DNA of 35,037 bases from Fidelibacterota bacterium (lineage in GTDB: Bacteria > Fidelibacterota > UBA2242), in the NCBI GenBank assembly GCA_049975265.1, contig JBNGDF010000025.1, positions 1 through 35,037 of the forward strand, written 5' to 3'. A program made the translations under genes and the position numbers. The notes under the pieces are model-generated. The model saw only the letters and a list, made by a program, of their open reading frames with translations, was not told where the DNA came from and ran no database searches. Shown one piece after another: positions 18,238-26,683 of this stretch (position 1 is its first letter; each line of letters starts with the position of its first letter).

Positions 18238-19860
18238 CTAAAAAAAGATGCCCCAAAGACTCAAAATCGTTAAAACCAACACAATCGAAAAAAATATATT
18301 CAGCTGGTCCCAGGTCCCCTTTTCCACCTCTATTCTTTCACCCAGAGACTTCCCCTGTCTACCCCCGTTAATGGTGACATTTTGCAAATGTTCACGACTG
18401 GGTGCCGCACCAAAAATACTCATTGTCAGCATGATCAATACCGAAATAACGAACAGAAATATGGCAAAGTGGAGATAATTCATGCTGGCAAACCATTGCA
18501 GCGGTCCCAGATTCAGCAGATTTTTTTTACTGAGAATCTCAAAAATAAGCCTGAGGGCGCCCAAAATTCCACCACTAATCAGGGCTGTCATCGCCGCCCG
18601 TCCATTCACCCTCGTTGAAAATAATCCGATTAAAAAAACCGCGGCGATCGGCGGGCTGATATAAGCCTGAACACTTTGCAGATATATAAACAACTGACTG
18701 CTGATACTGCGTATAAACGGGACCCATAATATGCCCAGGATCACCAGAGCTGTGGTAGCCAGGCGACCAATCAGCACAATTTCACGACCATTTGCCTGGG
18801 GTCTGAACTGACGGTACACATCCATGGTAATCAGCGTTGAACTACTGTTGAATGTACTGGCTAACGAGGACATCAGCGCTGCCAGCAAACTGGCAATAAC
18901 AATACCGCGAATGCCGGCGGGCAGTAAATTACTGATAATTAAAGCAATATAAGCCTCGTCTCCCTTGATTCCCGGAAAGAGAGCCAGGGCAATCATACCC
19001 GGCAGGATGAGAATAAAAACCGGTAGGATTTTTAGGAATCCGGCGAAAATGGCGCCGCTACGGGCATGTCGGATATTGCGGGCACTCAATACCCGCTGAA
19101 CGATAACCTGATCGGTACACCAGTACCAAACCGCCAGGATCGGTGCCCCAAAGATGATTCCGGTCCAGGGAAAATCGGGGTGATTAGACGGTTTAAACAT
19201 GTGAAAGAAATCTGCCGGCAAAGCTGCCCTCAAACCCTGAAAACCACCCACTTCGCCCAGTCCCACAAGCGTCAAAACAACGGCGCCCGCAACTAAAATA
19301 ACCGTTTGAATCAACTCTGTATAGATAACCGCACTCAGCCCTCCGGCAATAGTATAAATACCGGTGATAATGACCATTACAATAGCGGAGGTGATCATAT
19401 TCCAGCCCAAAATCTGATTCAGCAGCAAACCGCCCGCAAACAAGGTAACCGAAATTTTCGTCAGAATATAAGCGATAATTGAAATGGTCGTCAGGTACAT
19501 GCGGCTGGATTTATTAAAGCGACGCTCCAGAAACTCCGGCATAGTATAGACGCCGGATTTTAAATAAAACGGAACAAAGACCCAACCCAGTAGCAAAACG
19601 ATAAAACAAGCCAACCATTCAAAATGACCTACCGCCAACCCTGTACTGGCACCCGAGCCCGCCAATCCGATAAAGTGCTCACTGGAGATGTTTGTGGCAA
19701 ACAGAGATGAGCCGATGGCAATCCAACCCACATTTCGTCCTGCCAGAAAATACTCAGTCGGCGTTTTCTCCCGGTTCGAATAGTACAAACCAATTACCAA
19801 TACAGCCATGAAATAGAGAAACAGCAGCACGATATCGATATTTTCCAGGTAATGATACAT
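18238..19860 (-). CDS. Sodium:solute symporter (SSS/SGLT-like sugar transporter)
   Basis: EYFLAGR, SLFATNISSEHFIGLAG, TMPEFLERRF, WYWCTDQVIVQRVL and LAALMSS motifs, with many TM segments. Start moved to ATG 19860 because the longer ORF overlaps the promoter motif. Confidence 0.95.
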   Translation of the reverse strand: MYHYLENIDIVLLFLYFMAVLVIGLYYSNREKTPTEYFLAGRNVGWIAIGSSLFATNISSEHFIGLAGSGASTGLAVGHFEWLACFIVLLLGWVFVPFYLKSGVYTMPEFLERRFNKSSRMYLTTISIIAYILTKISVTLFAGGLLLNQILGWNMITSAIVMVIITGIYTIAGGLSAVIYTELIQTVILVAGAVVLTLVGLGEVGGFQGLRAALPADFFHMFKPSNHPDFPWTGIIFGAPILAVWYWCTDQVIVQRVLSARNIRHARSGAIFAGFLKILPVFILILPGMIALALFPGIKGDEAYIALIISNLLPAGIRGIVIASLLAALMSSLASTFNSSSTLITMDVYRQFRPQANGREIVLIGRLATTALVILGILWVPFIRSISSQLFIYLQSVQAYISPPIAAVFLIGLFSTRVNGRAAMTALISGGILGALRLIFEILSKKNLLNLGPLQWFASMNYLHFAIFLFVISVLIMLTMSIFGAAPSREHLQNVTINGGRQGKSLGERIEVEKGTWDQLNIFFSIVLVLTILSLWGIFF

Positions 19861-19899
19861 GTTCAAATAGGTATTGGATTTTTCATAAAAGCCCTTTCG

Positions 19900-19915
19900 A
19901 CAAAAATCACGCCAA
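19900..19915 (-). promoter_or_regulatory. Candidate sigma54 (-24/-12) promoter for SSS-GH3
   Basis: Minus strand TTGGCGTGATTTTTGT (GG-N10-GT), 40 nt upstream of ATG 19860. Confidence 0.72.
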
Positions 19916-19977
19916 ACCACTGCCGCCTTGTCAGCGTGGTCAAGCCCTAGGGAAAAAGCCCTACGAGTGACAGGAAC

Positions 19978-20014
19978 TTATTAAATTAATAAAGCCGGAT
20001 TATCAGATTAGAAA
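19978..20014. promoter_or_regulatory. Tandem palindromic sites (candidate enhancer/UAS)
   Basis: TTATT-AAATT-AATAA (19978-19992) and TTATC-AGATT-AGAAA (20000-20014), 22 bp apart and ~65-100 bp upstream of the -24 element. Confidence 0.62.
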
Positions 20015-20033
20015 TCTATAGAAGCAGTCGGTT

Positions 20034-21476
20034 CTATTTCAGACCTAACTCTTTGGAAATCCGAAAATAGTTTGGTGGCGCCAGGTCCAATTTTTGTGCA
20101 GCCTCTGCATCGGTTTTGCTTAAGCCCCGGACGAAGCTGATATAGGCTTTCCGAAACTGCCGTTCAATCTCTTTCAACGGCTTAATATTTTCACGATCGA
20201 ACTGATAGAGCTGCCGCTGATCACTAAAGTTCATTTTCATTCCAATAGCATTGATCACATTATCCCGGGAAATCCGGTCCTTACTCAGGAAAAGCATCCG
20301 TTGAACCACATTCTGAAGCTGGCGCACATTCCCCGGCCAGTGATAATCTTCCAGAATCTTCAGCGCTCCCTCACCAAATTCAGGCACTGTCCGTCCCATC
20401 TCTTTACTATACAAACCTAAGTAATGCTCAACCAAAACCGGAATGTCCTCCTTTCGTTCCTCCAGGGATGGAACATAAATCTGCAAGACATTCAGTCGAT
20501 AATAGAGGTCTTCCCGGAATTCTTTATCCTGGACCATCTTTTCCAGATTCTTATTGGTTGCGGAAATTACTCTGACATCAACTTCATAACTTCTTTGACG
20601 CCCGATTTTATCAATCTGACCCTCCTGTAAAACCCGCAGGAGTTTGGACTGGGCTGCCAGTGGAAATTCCGACACCTCATCCAGAAAGATTGTGCCACCG
20701 TTGGCACGCTCGAACAGACCCGCCCGGTTTTCCTGTGCACCGGTAAAAGACCCTTTCTCAAATCCGAACAGCTCGCTTTCAATCAGGTCACGGGGAATAC
20801 TACCGCAATTTATCGGGACGAAATTCTCCAGATTTCTGGAGCTCAGATAGTGGATATTCATCGCAACCAACTCTTTGCCTGTCCCCGATTTACCATATAT
20901 CAGAACACTGGCGTTGGTTTTAGAAAACTGCTGAATCTGCTCTTTTAAGGTTTGGATCGGCGGGGAAATGCCAATAATTTTTCGCTTATCCAAAATGTCC
21001 TGAACACTTTTATCAAGCTTCCGTTTTGTATTCAGGTTGTCTAAAGCCAGCTCCTTTTTTTCATAAGCATTAACGATGCTGAGTATAAAATCGGTGGGCT
21101 GATAGATATAAGACTCAATGTCACCCGGATACTTCGTACAAAACCAGTAAGCTCCCGCCTTGATCAGACGGTCGGCAAAATCAAAATCGGTCTGGTGGAT
21201 CGTCATTTTTGTAACGACGATTATTTGCAGTAATGGATTAATAGCCTTGATCTCACTGATTAAATCCTCTCCCATAATCCCGCCGGCGATCTGAAAATCC
21301 ATGATAACTACGTCATATCCGTTTTTTTTCTGGGCGACCAGATTGACCGCGTCTGCTCCACTGGAAACAATATCAACGATTTTTATCTGGGAATAGGGCT
21401 TAATCGTATTAACGATACGACGAACATCAAACTCTTCATCCTCAATCACTAAAATCCGAATTGTATTTTTTATCAT
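20034..21476 (-). CDS. Sigma54-dependent response regulator (REC-AAA+-HTH, NtrC/AtoC-like)
   Basis: Receiver ILVIEDE...VIMD, Walker A GKSGTGKE, ESELFG..KGSFTGA, FLDEV, FREDLYYRLNV, WPGNVRQL and a C-terminal HTH. Confidence 0.95.
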   Translation of the reverse strand: MIKNTIRILVIEDEEFDVRRIVNTIKPYSQIKIVDIVSSGADAVNLVAQKKNGYDVVIMDFQIAGGIMGEDLISEIKAINPLLQIIVVTKMTIHQTDFDFADRLIKAGAYWFCTKYPGDIESYIYQPTDFILSIVNAYEKKELALDNLNTKRKLDKSVQDILDKRKIIGISPPIQTLKEQIQQFSKTNASVLIYGKSGTGKELVAMNIHYLSSRNLENFVPINCGSIPRDLIESELFGFEKGSFTGAQENRAGLFERANGGTIFLDEVSEFPLAAQSKLLRVLQEGQIDKIGRQRSYEVDVRVISATNKNLEKMVQDKEFREDLYYRLNVLQIYVPSLEERKEDIPVLVEHYLGLYSKEMGRTVPEFGEGALKILEDYHWPGNVRQLQNVVQRMLFLSKDRISRDNVINAIGMKMNFSDQRQLYQFDRENIKPLKEIERQFRKAYISFVRGLSKTDAEAAQKLDLAPPNYFRISKELGLK

Positions 21477-21490
21477 TTAAAATTATCCTG

Positions 21491-22963
21491 TTAATTTAAT
21501 GGTATTTGGATGGTTATCTTGGATCCTCCGGACTCAAGATTTTCCGCATCTATCCGCCAGCCACAGCGCTTGGTACTCAATTCATGGGCAATGTAACATC
21601 CGTAACCTGAGTTTTTAGCGTTCTCATGAGTCGAACTTCGTTCTAAAAAGATCTCTTTAACACCGTTTTGATTGACCTGCAACAGTTCCGGCACAATCCC
21701 TTTGCCATTATCAATGATATTTATCTCCGACATTGATTTTACGGGAAAATATCTAGTTCTGATGGTTATCAAAACCCCCTGACCTTTATTATGATCGATA
21801 CAATTCTGAATCAGCGGCTCCAGTATCTCCCAGACCACATATTCATTTATATGAACAACCGGCAACTGTTCATCCAGTTCAAGTCTGAAATCGTAAGCCG
21901 AATTTTCACTGTATACCCTCTTAAAAACGTAAGTAACCAGAAAACGAATCACGTCGTTAATATTGGTGGAAAAAATGGGATTACGGGTTGCGTGAACCGG
22001 GGGATCATACCACTTCATATCATAGATGACCCGGGAAATGAAATTGGAGTAACGTGTTACGATATATTTAAAGTCATTGATGTTTTTATCCGATAGATTC
22101 CGGATTTCATCTTTGATGAATCCCATCACTTTTTCCGCTTTGTGATGAGCATGATAAATACGTTTAGTAAACAGCTCTTCCTTCTGATGCGCAATATCGG
22201 CTTTGATCTGTTTTTCCCGCTCTTTAAACAACTCTTTCTGCGCCAAATCCCGTTCTCTGACAGTATAAGAGGTAATATAAAACATTGCCAGTAACCCGAA
22301 TAAAATAAGGGCGGTGAATATAATACCGGTCTCATCATATATCGTCGAAATCTCGCGGGTGATATTACTGACATCCGGAGTGATTCTCATGTAAACAACA
22401 CCCTCATATTCACCTTTCGGCACCAATGGAACCAAGACATGAAATGACTGAATATTGTCCCAGGTACAGTAAATTTGCTCAGAATTTCTGATCTCTTTAC
22501 TGAAGTCTGTGTAATAATCAACCGCCACGCTATGATCGAGACTGCTGGGATATTGTGGTTCTTGGCGTGTAAAGATAAAATCGTACAATGCGCTCCCATC
22601 ATCAATCACAAATATCTTCCCTCCTGAAGAAAAAATGATGCACATTTCATCAACATTCTGTTGCAGGGTTTGCTGGTTTAGAATTATGTCAAACGCCTGA
22701 ATTGTGTTCCGCCGGGAATCTTCGGTCTTTAAGGGATACGCCAGACTCTGTTCCAGCAATAATTCCAGTGAAGTCGTGGCTAAATTTCCCAACCGGATCG
22801 CCGAATCACGCCGGTAGAGGTCCATTGTCTGCTCGATTAAGGTGTTGCTCGATATGTTATGTAAATAGGATAAAAAGACCTGAAATGCCGCTAAAATGAT
22901 GAAGAGAATAATAAAATGCCGGATCTCAAACCGGTATTGCTTTAATCGGTTAAATATTCCCAT
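21491..22963 (-). CDS. Membrane sensor histidine kinase with atypical H-box
   Basis: Two TM helices flank a ~170-aa periplasmic domain. After a coiled coil comes RIYHAHHKAEKVMG. HATPase boxes are LIQNCIDH, DNGKGI and SGYGCYIA. Confidence 0.88.
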   Translation of the reverse strand: MGIFNRLKQYRFEIRHFIILFIILAAFQVFLSYLHNISSNTLIEQTMDLYRRDSAIRLGNLATTSLELLLEQSLAYPLKTEDSRRNTIQAFDIILNQQTLQQNVDEMCIIFSSGGKIFVIDDGSALYDFIFTRQEPQYPSSLDHSVAVDYYTDFSKEIRNSEQIYCTWDNIQSFHVLVPLVPKGEYEGVVYMRITPDVSNITREISTIYDETGIIFTALILFGLLAMFYITSYTVRERDLAQKELFKEREKQIKADIAHQKEELFTKRIYHAHHKAEKVMGFIKDEIRNLSDKNINDFKYIVTRYSNFISRVIYDMKWYDPPVHATRNPIFSTNINDVIRFLVTYVFKRVYSENSAYDFRLELDEQLPVVHINEYVVWEILEPLIQNCIDHNKGQGVLITIRTRYFPVKSMSEINIIDNGKGIVPELLQVNQNGVKEIFLERSSTHENAKNSGYGCYIAHELSTKRCGWRIDAENLESGGSKITIQIPLN

Positions 22964-22972
22964 AAGCTCTGT

Positions 22973-24295
22973 CTATCTTAAAAACAGTTTGTCTGAAGCA
23001 ATGGTCTCTTCGGCGAGCCTTAATGCTTCTTCCACCGATGTTTCCGATTTTAAAACCTTATTCAAATAAAAGGATAAAATATCGGAAATCTTGGTGTAAT
23101 TAATCAAACTGGGGCGATGAATCCCTGTTTTCATTATTTCACCAATACGGACAATATAAGGAGACTGACGGACTACATCCGGATCAGAATAGATACTTTT
23201 CAGGATTGGCAGATATCCCGAGGTTTCAAACATGATTTTCTGTGCTTCCTCCGTCTGAATATATCTGAGAAACTCAAACGCCTCCGGCTTATTGTCGGAA
23301 TATTTTGATATCATCAAATTCCAGCCGCCAAAAACGGTGACCGGTTCATGCCCGGCAAAATGAGGTAAGTACACCATTTTCAGATACTTGACCTTCTCCG
23401 GGTCCTGACCCTGAATATCAATATCTTTAAGGTAACTCGACCATCCCCTAAAAAAGGGCACATCTTTCTCGAGGGCGTAATAGTAGGACTCTCTTTCAAT
23501 AAAGGTACTGACTTCGGGTGGTGCGAACCTGTATTTACAGATTAAGTTCAACATAAATTGGGCGCTGCTTCGCCCTTTGGGAGTATTGATTTTCAGCTGA
23601 CCACCGTCGAATAAAGTACCCCCCATGCTTCCCAATATTTCAAGGTAATTGCATATCAGCCCTTCAAAATTATCACCCTGAAACAGATAAAACGGTCTGT
23701 TTTGATAAAATTTTAAACCGTATGCAATGAGGTCTTCCCATGAAATGGATTCGTGTAATCTCTGCCGAATATCTGTATATTCCCCGGTATCTATAATCAG
23801 GTCGTCTCTGTAGTACAAGACACCAATATCTATATACAGCGGGATGCCAAATAAGATATCCTCATAATAACAGGTCTCCAACGCTTGTGGAATAATTTTC
23901 GACAAATCCGTCTGCATAAAATATTTTGCCAACGGTTCACCCCATTTCGCAAAACGCGGTACCCAGATCTGGTCAACAGCAAATATATCAATCCGACTGC
24001 TGCGGCTTCGCAGAGAACGGGCGATTAATTCCTTACGCACATTTGTCGTAAACTTTGTAAATGGCAAGTTAACCGGAACTACCTCAATCCGCCCCCGATA
24101 TTTCGCATTAAAATTATCAATGATTTTTTGATGCGCTTCGGAAATATTGTCGGCAAAATAGAGCTTGGTAACCTCTTTTTTCTGAAAACGACGTTTATTC
24201 AGAGAGATCAGGTTGAAAATCAAAACCATTATTACTGCAAAGATAAACAGGGCAAATAAATATCCATATTTGCTTTTTTTATGACTGTCTTTCAT
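22973..24295 (-). CDS. Membrane-anchored extracellular sugar-binding protein (SBP family 1), probable sensor partner
   Basis: Start moved to ATG 24295. Basic N-terminus plus one TM helix, no lipobox Cys. DIFAVDQIWVPRFA, GIPLYIDIGVLYYRDD and GGWNLMISKYS are SBP_bac_1 motifs. It lies 9 bp from the kinase gene. Confidence 0.88.
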   Translation of the reverse strand: MKDSHKKSKYGYLFALFIFAVIMVLIFNLISLNKRRFQKKEVTKLYFADNISEAHQKIIDNFNAKYRGRIEVVPVNLPFTKFTTNVRKELIARSLRSRSSRIDIFAVDQIWVPRFAKWGEPLAKYFMQTDLSKIIPQALETCYYEDILFGIPLYIDIGVLYYRDDLIIDTGEYTDIRQRLHESISWEDLIAYGLKFYQNRPFYLFQGDNFEGLICNYLEILGSMGGTLFDGGQLKINTPKGRSSAQFMLNLICKYRFAPPEVSTFIERESYYYALEKDVPFFRGWSSYLKDIDIQGQDPEKVKYLKMVYLPHFAGHEPVTVFGGWNLMISKYSDNKPEAFEFLRYIQTEEAQKIMFETSGYLPILKSIYSDPDVVRQSPYIVRIGEIMKTGIHRPSLINYTKISDILSFYLNKVLKSETSVEEALRLAEETIASDKLFLR

Positions 24296-24377
24296 GCGTT
24301 CTCTGGTGTTAATTCTTTTCTCCCACTTTTTACAATTATGAATATAAGAGTTGAGTTCCAATGATACAATCTGAATG

Positions 24378-24392
24378 TTATTAAAATGATAA
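24378..24392. promoter_or_regulatory. Fifth copy of the TTATY-N5-RATAA palindrome (candidate autoregulatory operator)
   Basis: TTATT-AAAAT-GATAA, between the putative sigma70 promoter and the SBP-HK-RR start. The local sequence is AT-rich, so a chance match is possible. Confidence 0.5.
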
Positions 24393-24426
24393 TTAATCGT
24401 TTCTGAAAAATTCATGTTGATTACTT

Positions 24427-24455
24427 ACTATGATTGGGTAATTATTAATTGTCAA
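24427..24455 (-). promoter_or_regulatory. Candidate sigma70 promoter of the SBP-HK-RR operon
   Basis: Minus strand TTGACA-17 nt-CATAGT. Confidence 0.55.
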
Positions 24456-24482
24456 TTGAGACTCACTTTACTAATATTTACT

Positions 24483-25436
24483 ATGGTACAACCGATTTTA
24501 AAACATCCTGCCCAATTCGCCTGGGATTTCTGGTACTATTTCGAAAAAAAGAGCAATCACTTCCACCTCTTCTATCTGAACGCCGATCCGGCACTGGTGC
24601 CAGTGGAGCAACATCACTGGGCAGCTCAGGTGGGATATGCAAATACCAGCAACTTTACTTCGGTAAATTGGGGCTCAACCGCCGTTTTGACAGCCTCGCC
24701 CCGACGCTGGGACAATAGCTCCATCTGGAGCGGTGATGTGGTGCGGATTCAAAACGGTTTTCTCATGTTCTATACATCCCGCAATCTGGAAACCGACGAC
24801 GGCAAAACCCAAAATATCGGTATTGCCTTCGGCGATCGGATTGATACACCCGAATGGCAACCGCTGCCCGATTTTCGCATCCCACCGGACGGATTGATCT
24901 ATTCACCCAGACATATTTCCAATGATGTCAGCATTCACGCCTGGCGTGATCCGTTTGTATTCCGCTATGAAAGTCAAATCTACATGCTGGTAAGTGCCAA
25001 ATCGTTAAAAAATCCCCGCGGGCGAAACGGTGTAGTTGCCCTACTTCGTTCCAGAGACGGCGGTTTTAAAAATTGGGAATATCTCGCATCGGTCGCAGAT
25101 CCCGGCTGCTATTCCGAAATGGAGGTAGCACAAATCTTCAAAAGATCTAAAGGCAAATATCAGCTGATTTTCTCCACCGGACCGGATTACGACCACACTC
25201 CCGGTTCAGAGGGCAGCGGCGGCTTGTACGGCATTATCTCAAAAAATCCACTCCATTTTCCGGAAAAACCACGGCTTCTCTACCCCTTTCAAAACGGACT
25301 CTATGCCTGCCGCATCATCCCGGAGATGGACGGTGAAATTGTGGGATTCGACCACCGAACCGGAGGACTCCGGCGCAGTGGCATCAAAACCCACCTGCTG
25401 GCAATGGACAGAGACTTTCCGGAGTGGAAATTTTAA
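24483..25436 (+). CDS. Clan GH-J five-bladed beta-propeller glycosidase (GH32/GH68-like beta-fructofuranosidase), catalytic domain only
   Basis: AWDFW (nucleophile), IWSG, WRDPF and SEMEVAQ (acid/base). The probable start is ATG 24483, giving ~317 aa with no signal peptide. Confidence 0.8.
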   Translation: MVQPILKHPAQFAWDFWYYFEKKSNHFHLFYLNADPALVPVEQHHWAAQVGYANTSNFTSVNWGSTAVLTASPRRWDNSSIWSGDVVRIQNGFLMFYTSRNLETDDGKTQNIGIAFGDRIDTPEWQPLPDFRIPPDGLIYSPRHISNDVSIHAWRDPFVFRYESQIYMLVSAKSLKNPRGRNGVVALLRSRDGGFKNWEYLASVADPGCYSEMEVAQIFKRSKGKYQLIFSTGPDYDHTPGSEGSGGLYGIISKNPLHFPEKPRLLYPFQNGLYACRIIPEMDGEIVGFDHRTGGLRRSGIKTHLLAMDRDFPEWKF

Positions 25437-25468
25437 CTCTTATTGCCTGGAATTTAATCAAATAAAAA

Positions 25469-26683
25469 CTAAAACTTGCCCCGCTTCTGAATCGCCAGCA
25501 GGCACTCTATCGTTGATTCGGCACCGGAATTGAAGTTTACCTCGCCGGGTCCGTTGATGCCGTCAAAGCAGCGCCCGCTCTGCGGATCGTACACCGCTGT
25601 CCCGGCTGGATTTTGACCTCTGAACCAGTTGAAAACCGTTTCGGCGCTGGTCGCATAAAATTCATTCCCGGTAATTTCCGCCAATAATTGCAGTCCGCTG
25701 TAAAGCGCATGAATTCCGTAAGCGATTTGCGGAAACGCCGTGACGTTATAGGTTCCGTCGGAGGCAACCGCAATCTCCCAGGGAAAGTTATTTTCAATTA
25801 AAAAGGGCACAAAATTATCCGCCCATAATTGTACACTGGCTAAATATTTCTTTTCCTTTGTTACCTGATAGGCTTTCAGCAGCGCCGTAGCCTGGTTGTT
25901 GCCCCAGTTGTGCCAGCTGTTCCGCCAGCAGAAATACATGCCGTTCAGGGGGCTTTCTACATTTCGGTATTGAAATTCCAGCAGTCCATCGGCAATCATC
26001 CCAATTTCATCTTTATAATCAAAGTCACTCTGACCGTGAAGCTTAGTCAGTACCAGCAACAACTCACTGTTCAGATCCGGTGCATCCTTCACCAGCCATT
26101 TCGGTCGCGGACCCAATTCCGTCTGCATTCGCTGGGGATAAACCACCAGAACGCTGTCCAGATGACTGTCCATGCTGTGAATGCGCCGAATCACGGCTGT
26201 TTTCAGATTCGATTCTGCCGGATACTGCTCCAGGATAGTAAGCGCCGCCGCCAGCCCCCGTAATCCGCGCACCGCCCACCACTGAAATTCGGCGATACTG
26301 GTCCGGTATCTTCTGTTTATATTTCCTTCAACATCGATAAAATTATACCACAGTCCATTATCCTGGCTCATGTACAATAAAAAACGGGTCATACCCAGCG
26401 CCAGAGTCAGAAGTTCAGTAATTTGATAACGACAAATCTCCGCTTCCAAAACCTCCATAAAACGTCCGACATCATCGACACAGCTGATACCCTCATCCGG
26501 CGCTTCCAGCGGCTTGTAATCCGGGGCATCTGCATAAATGTGGATAAAGGAGAGCTGTTCACCATTCACCTCAATACTATCAACAAGGCTCAGGGCGTGA
26601 TCCAGGTTGACGGGCGACTGCGGCGCCGGTTTTCCACAATTAATACAAAGCACCAGCAGAACCAACATAAAGAATTGTTTCAT
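25469..26683 (-). CDS. Uncharacterised lipoprotein, probable (alpha/alpha)-barrel glycoside-active protein
   Basis: Lipobox-like LCINC and a helical pattern. Conserved-looking EGISCVDDVGR, GLWYNF, WFRGQN and GRCFDGI...VNFNSGAESTIE. It abuts the GH130 gene. Confidence 0.7.
   Translation of the reverse strand: MKQFFMLVLLVLCINCGKPAPQSPVNLDHALSLVDSIEVNGEQLSFIHIYADAPDYKPLEAPDEGISCVDDVGRFMEVLEAEICRYQITELLTLALGMTRFLLYMSQDNGLWYNFIDVEGNINRRYRTSIAEFQWWAVRGLRGLAAALTILEQYPAESNLKTAVIRRIHSMDSHLDSVLVVYPQRMQTELGPRPKWLVKDAPDLNSELLLVLTKLHGQSDFDYKDEIGMIADGLLEFQYRNVESPLNGMYFCWRNSWHNWGNNQATALLKAYQVTKEKKYLASVQLWADNFVPFLIENNFPWEIAVASDGTYNVTAFPQIAYGIHALYSGLQLLAEITGNEFYATSAETVFNWFRGQNPAGTAVYDPQSGRCFDGINGPGEVNFNSGAESTIECLLAIQKRGKF

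Noticed and set aside
19943..19963. TAGGG-AAAAAG-CCCTA hairpin and AGCCCTA direct repeat between UAS and promoter
   Set aside because: The stem is only 5 bp with no U-tract, and it has no counterpart in the other promoter.
24296..24482. Overlapping long starts of the SBP (24415) and GH-J (24414) ORFs
   Set aside because: They would leave no room for divergent promoters. The downstream ATGs fit better and the region contains promoter-like motifs.
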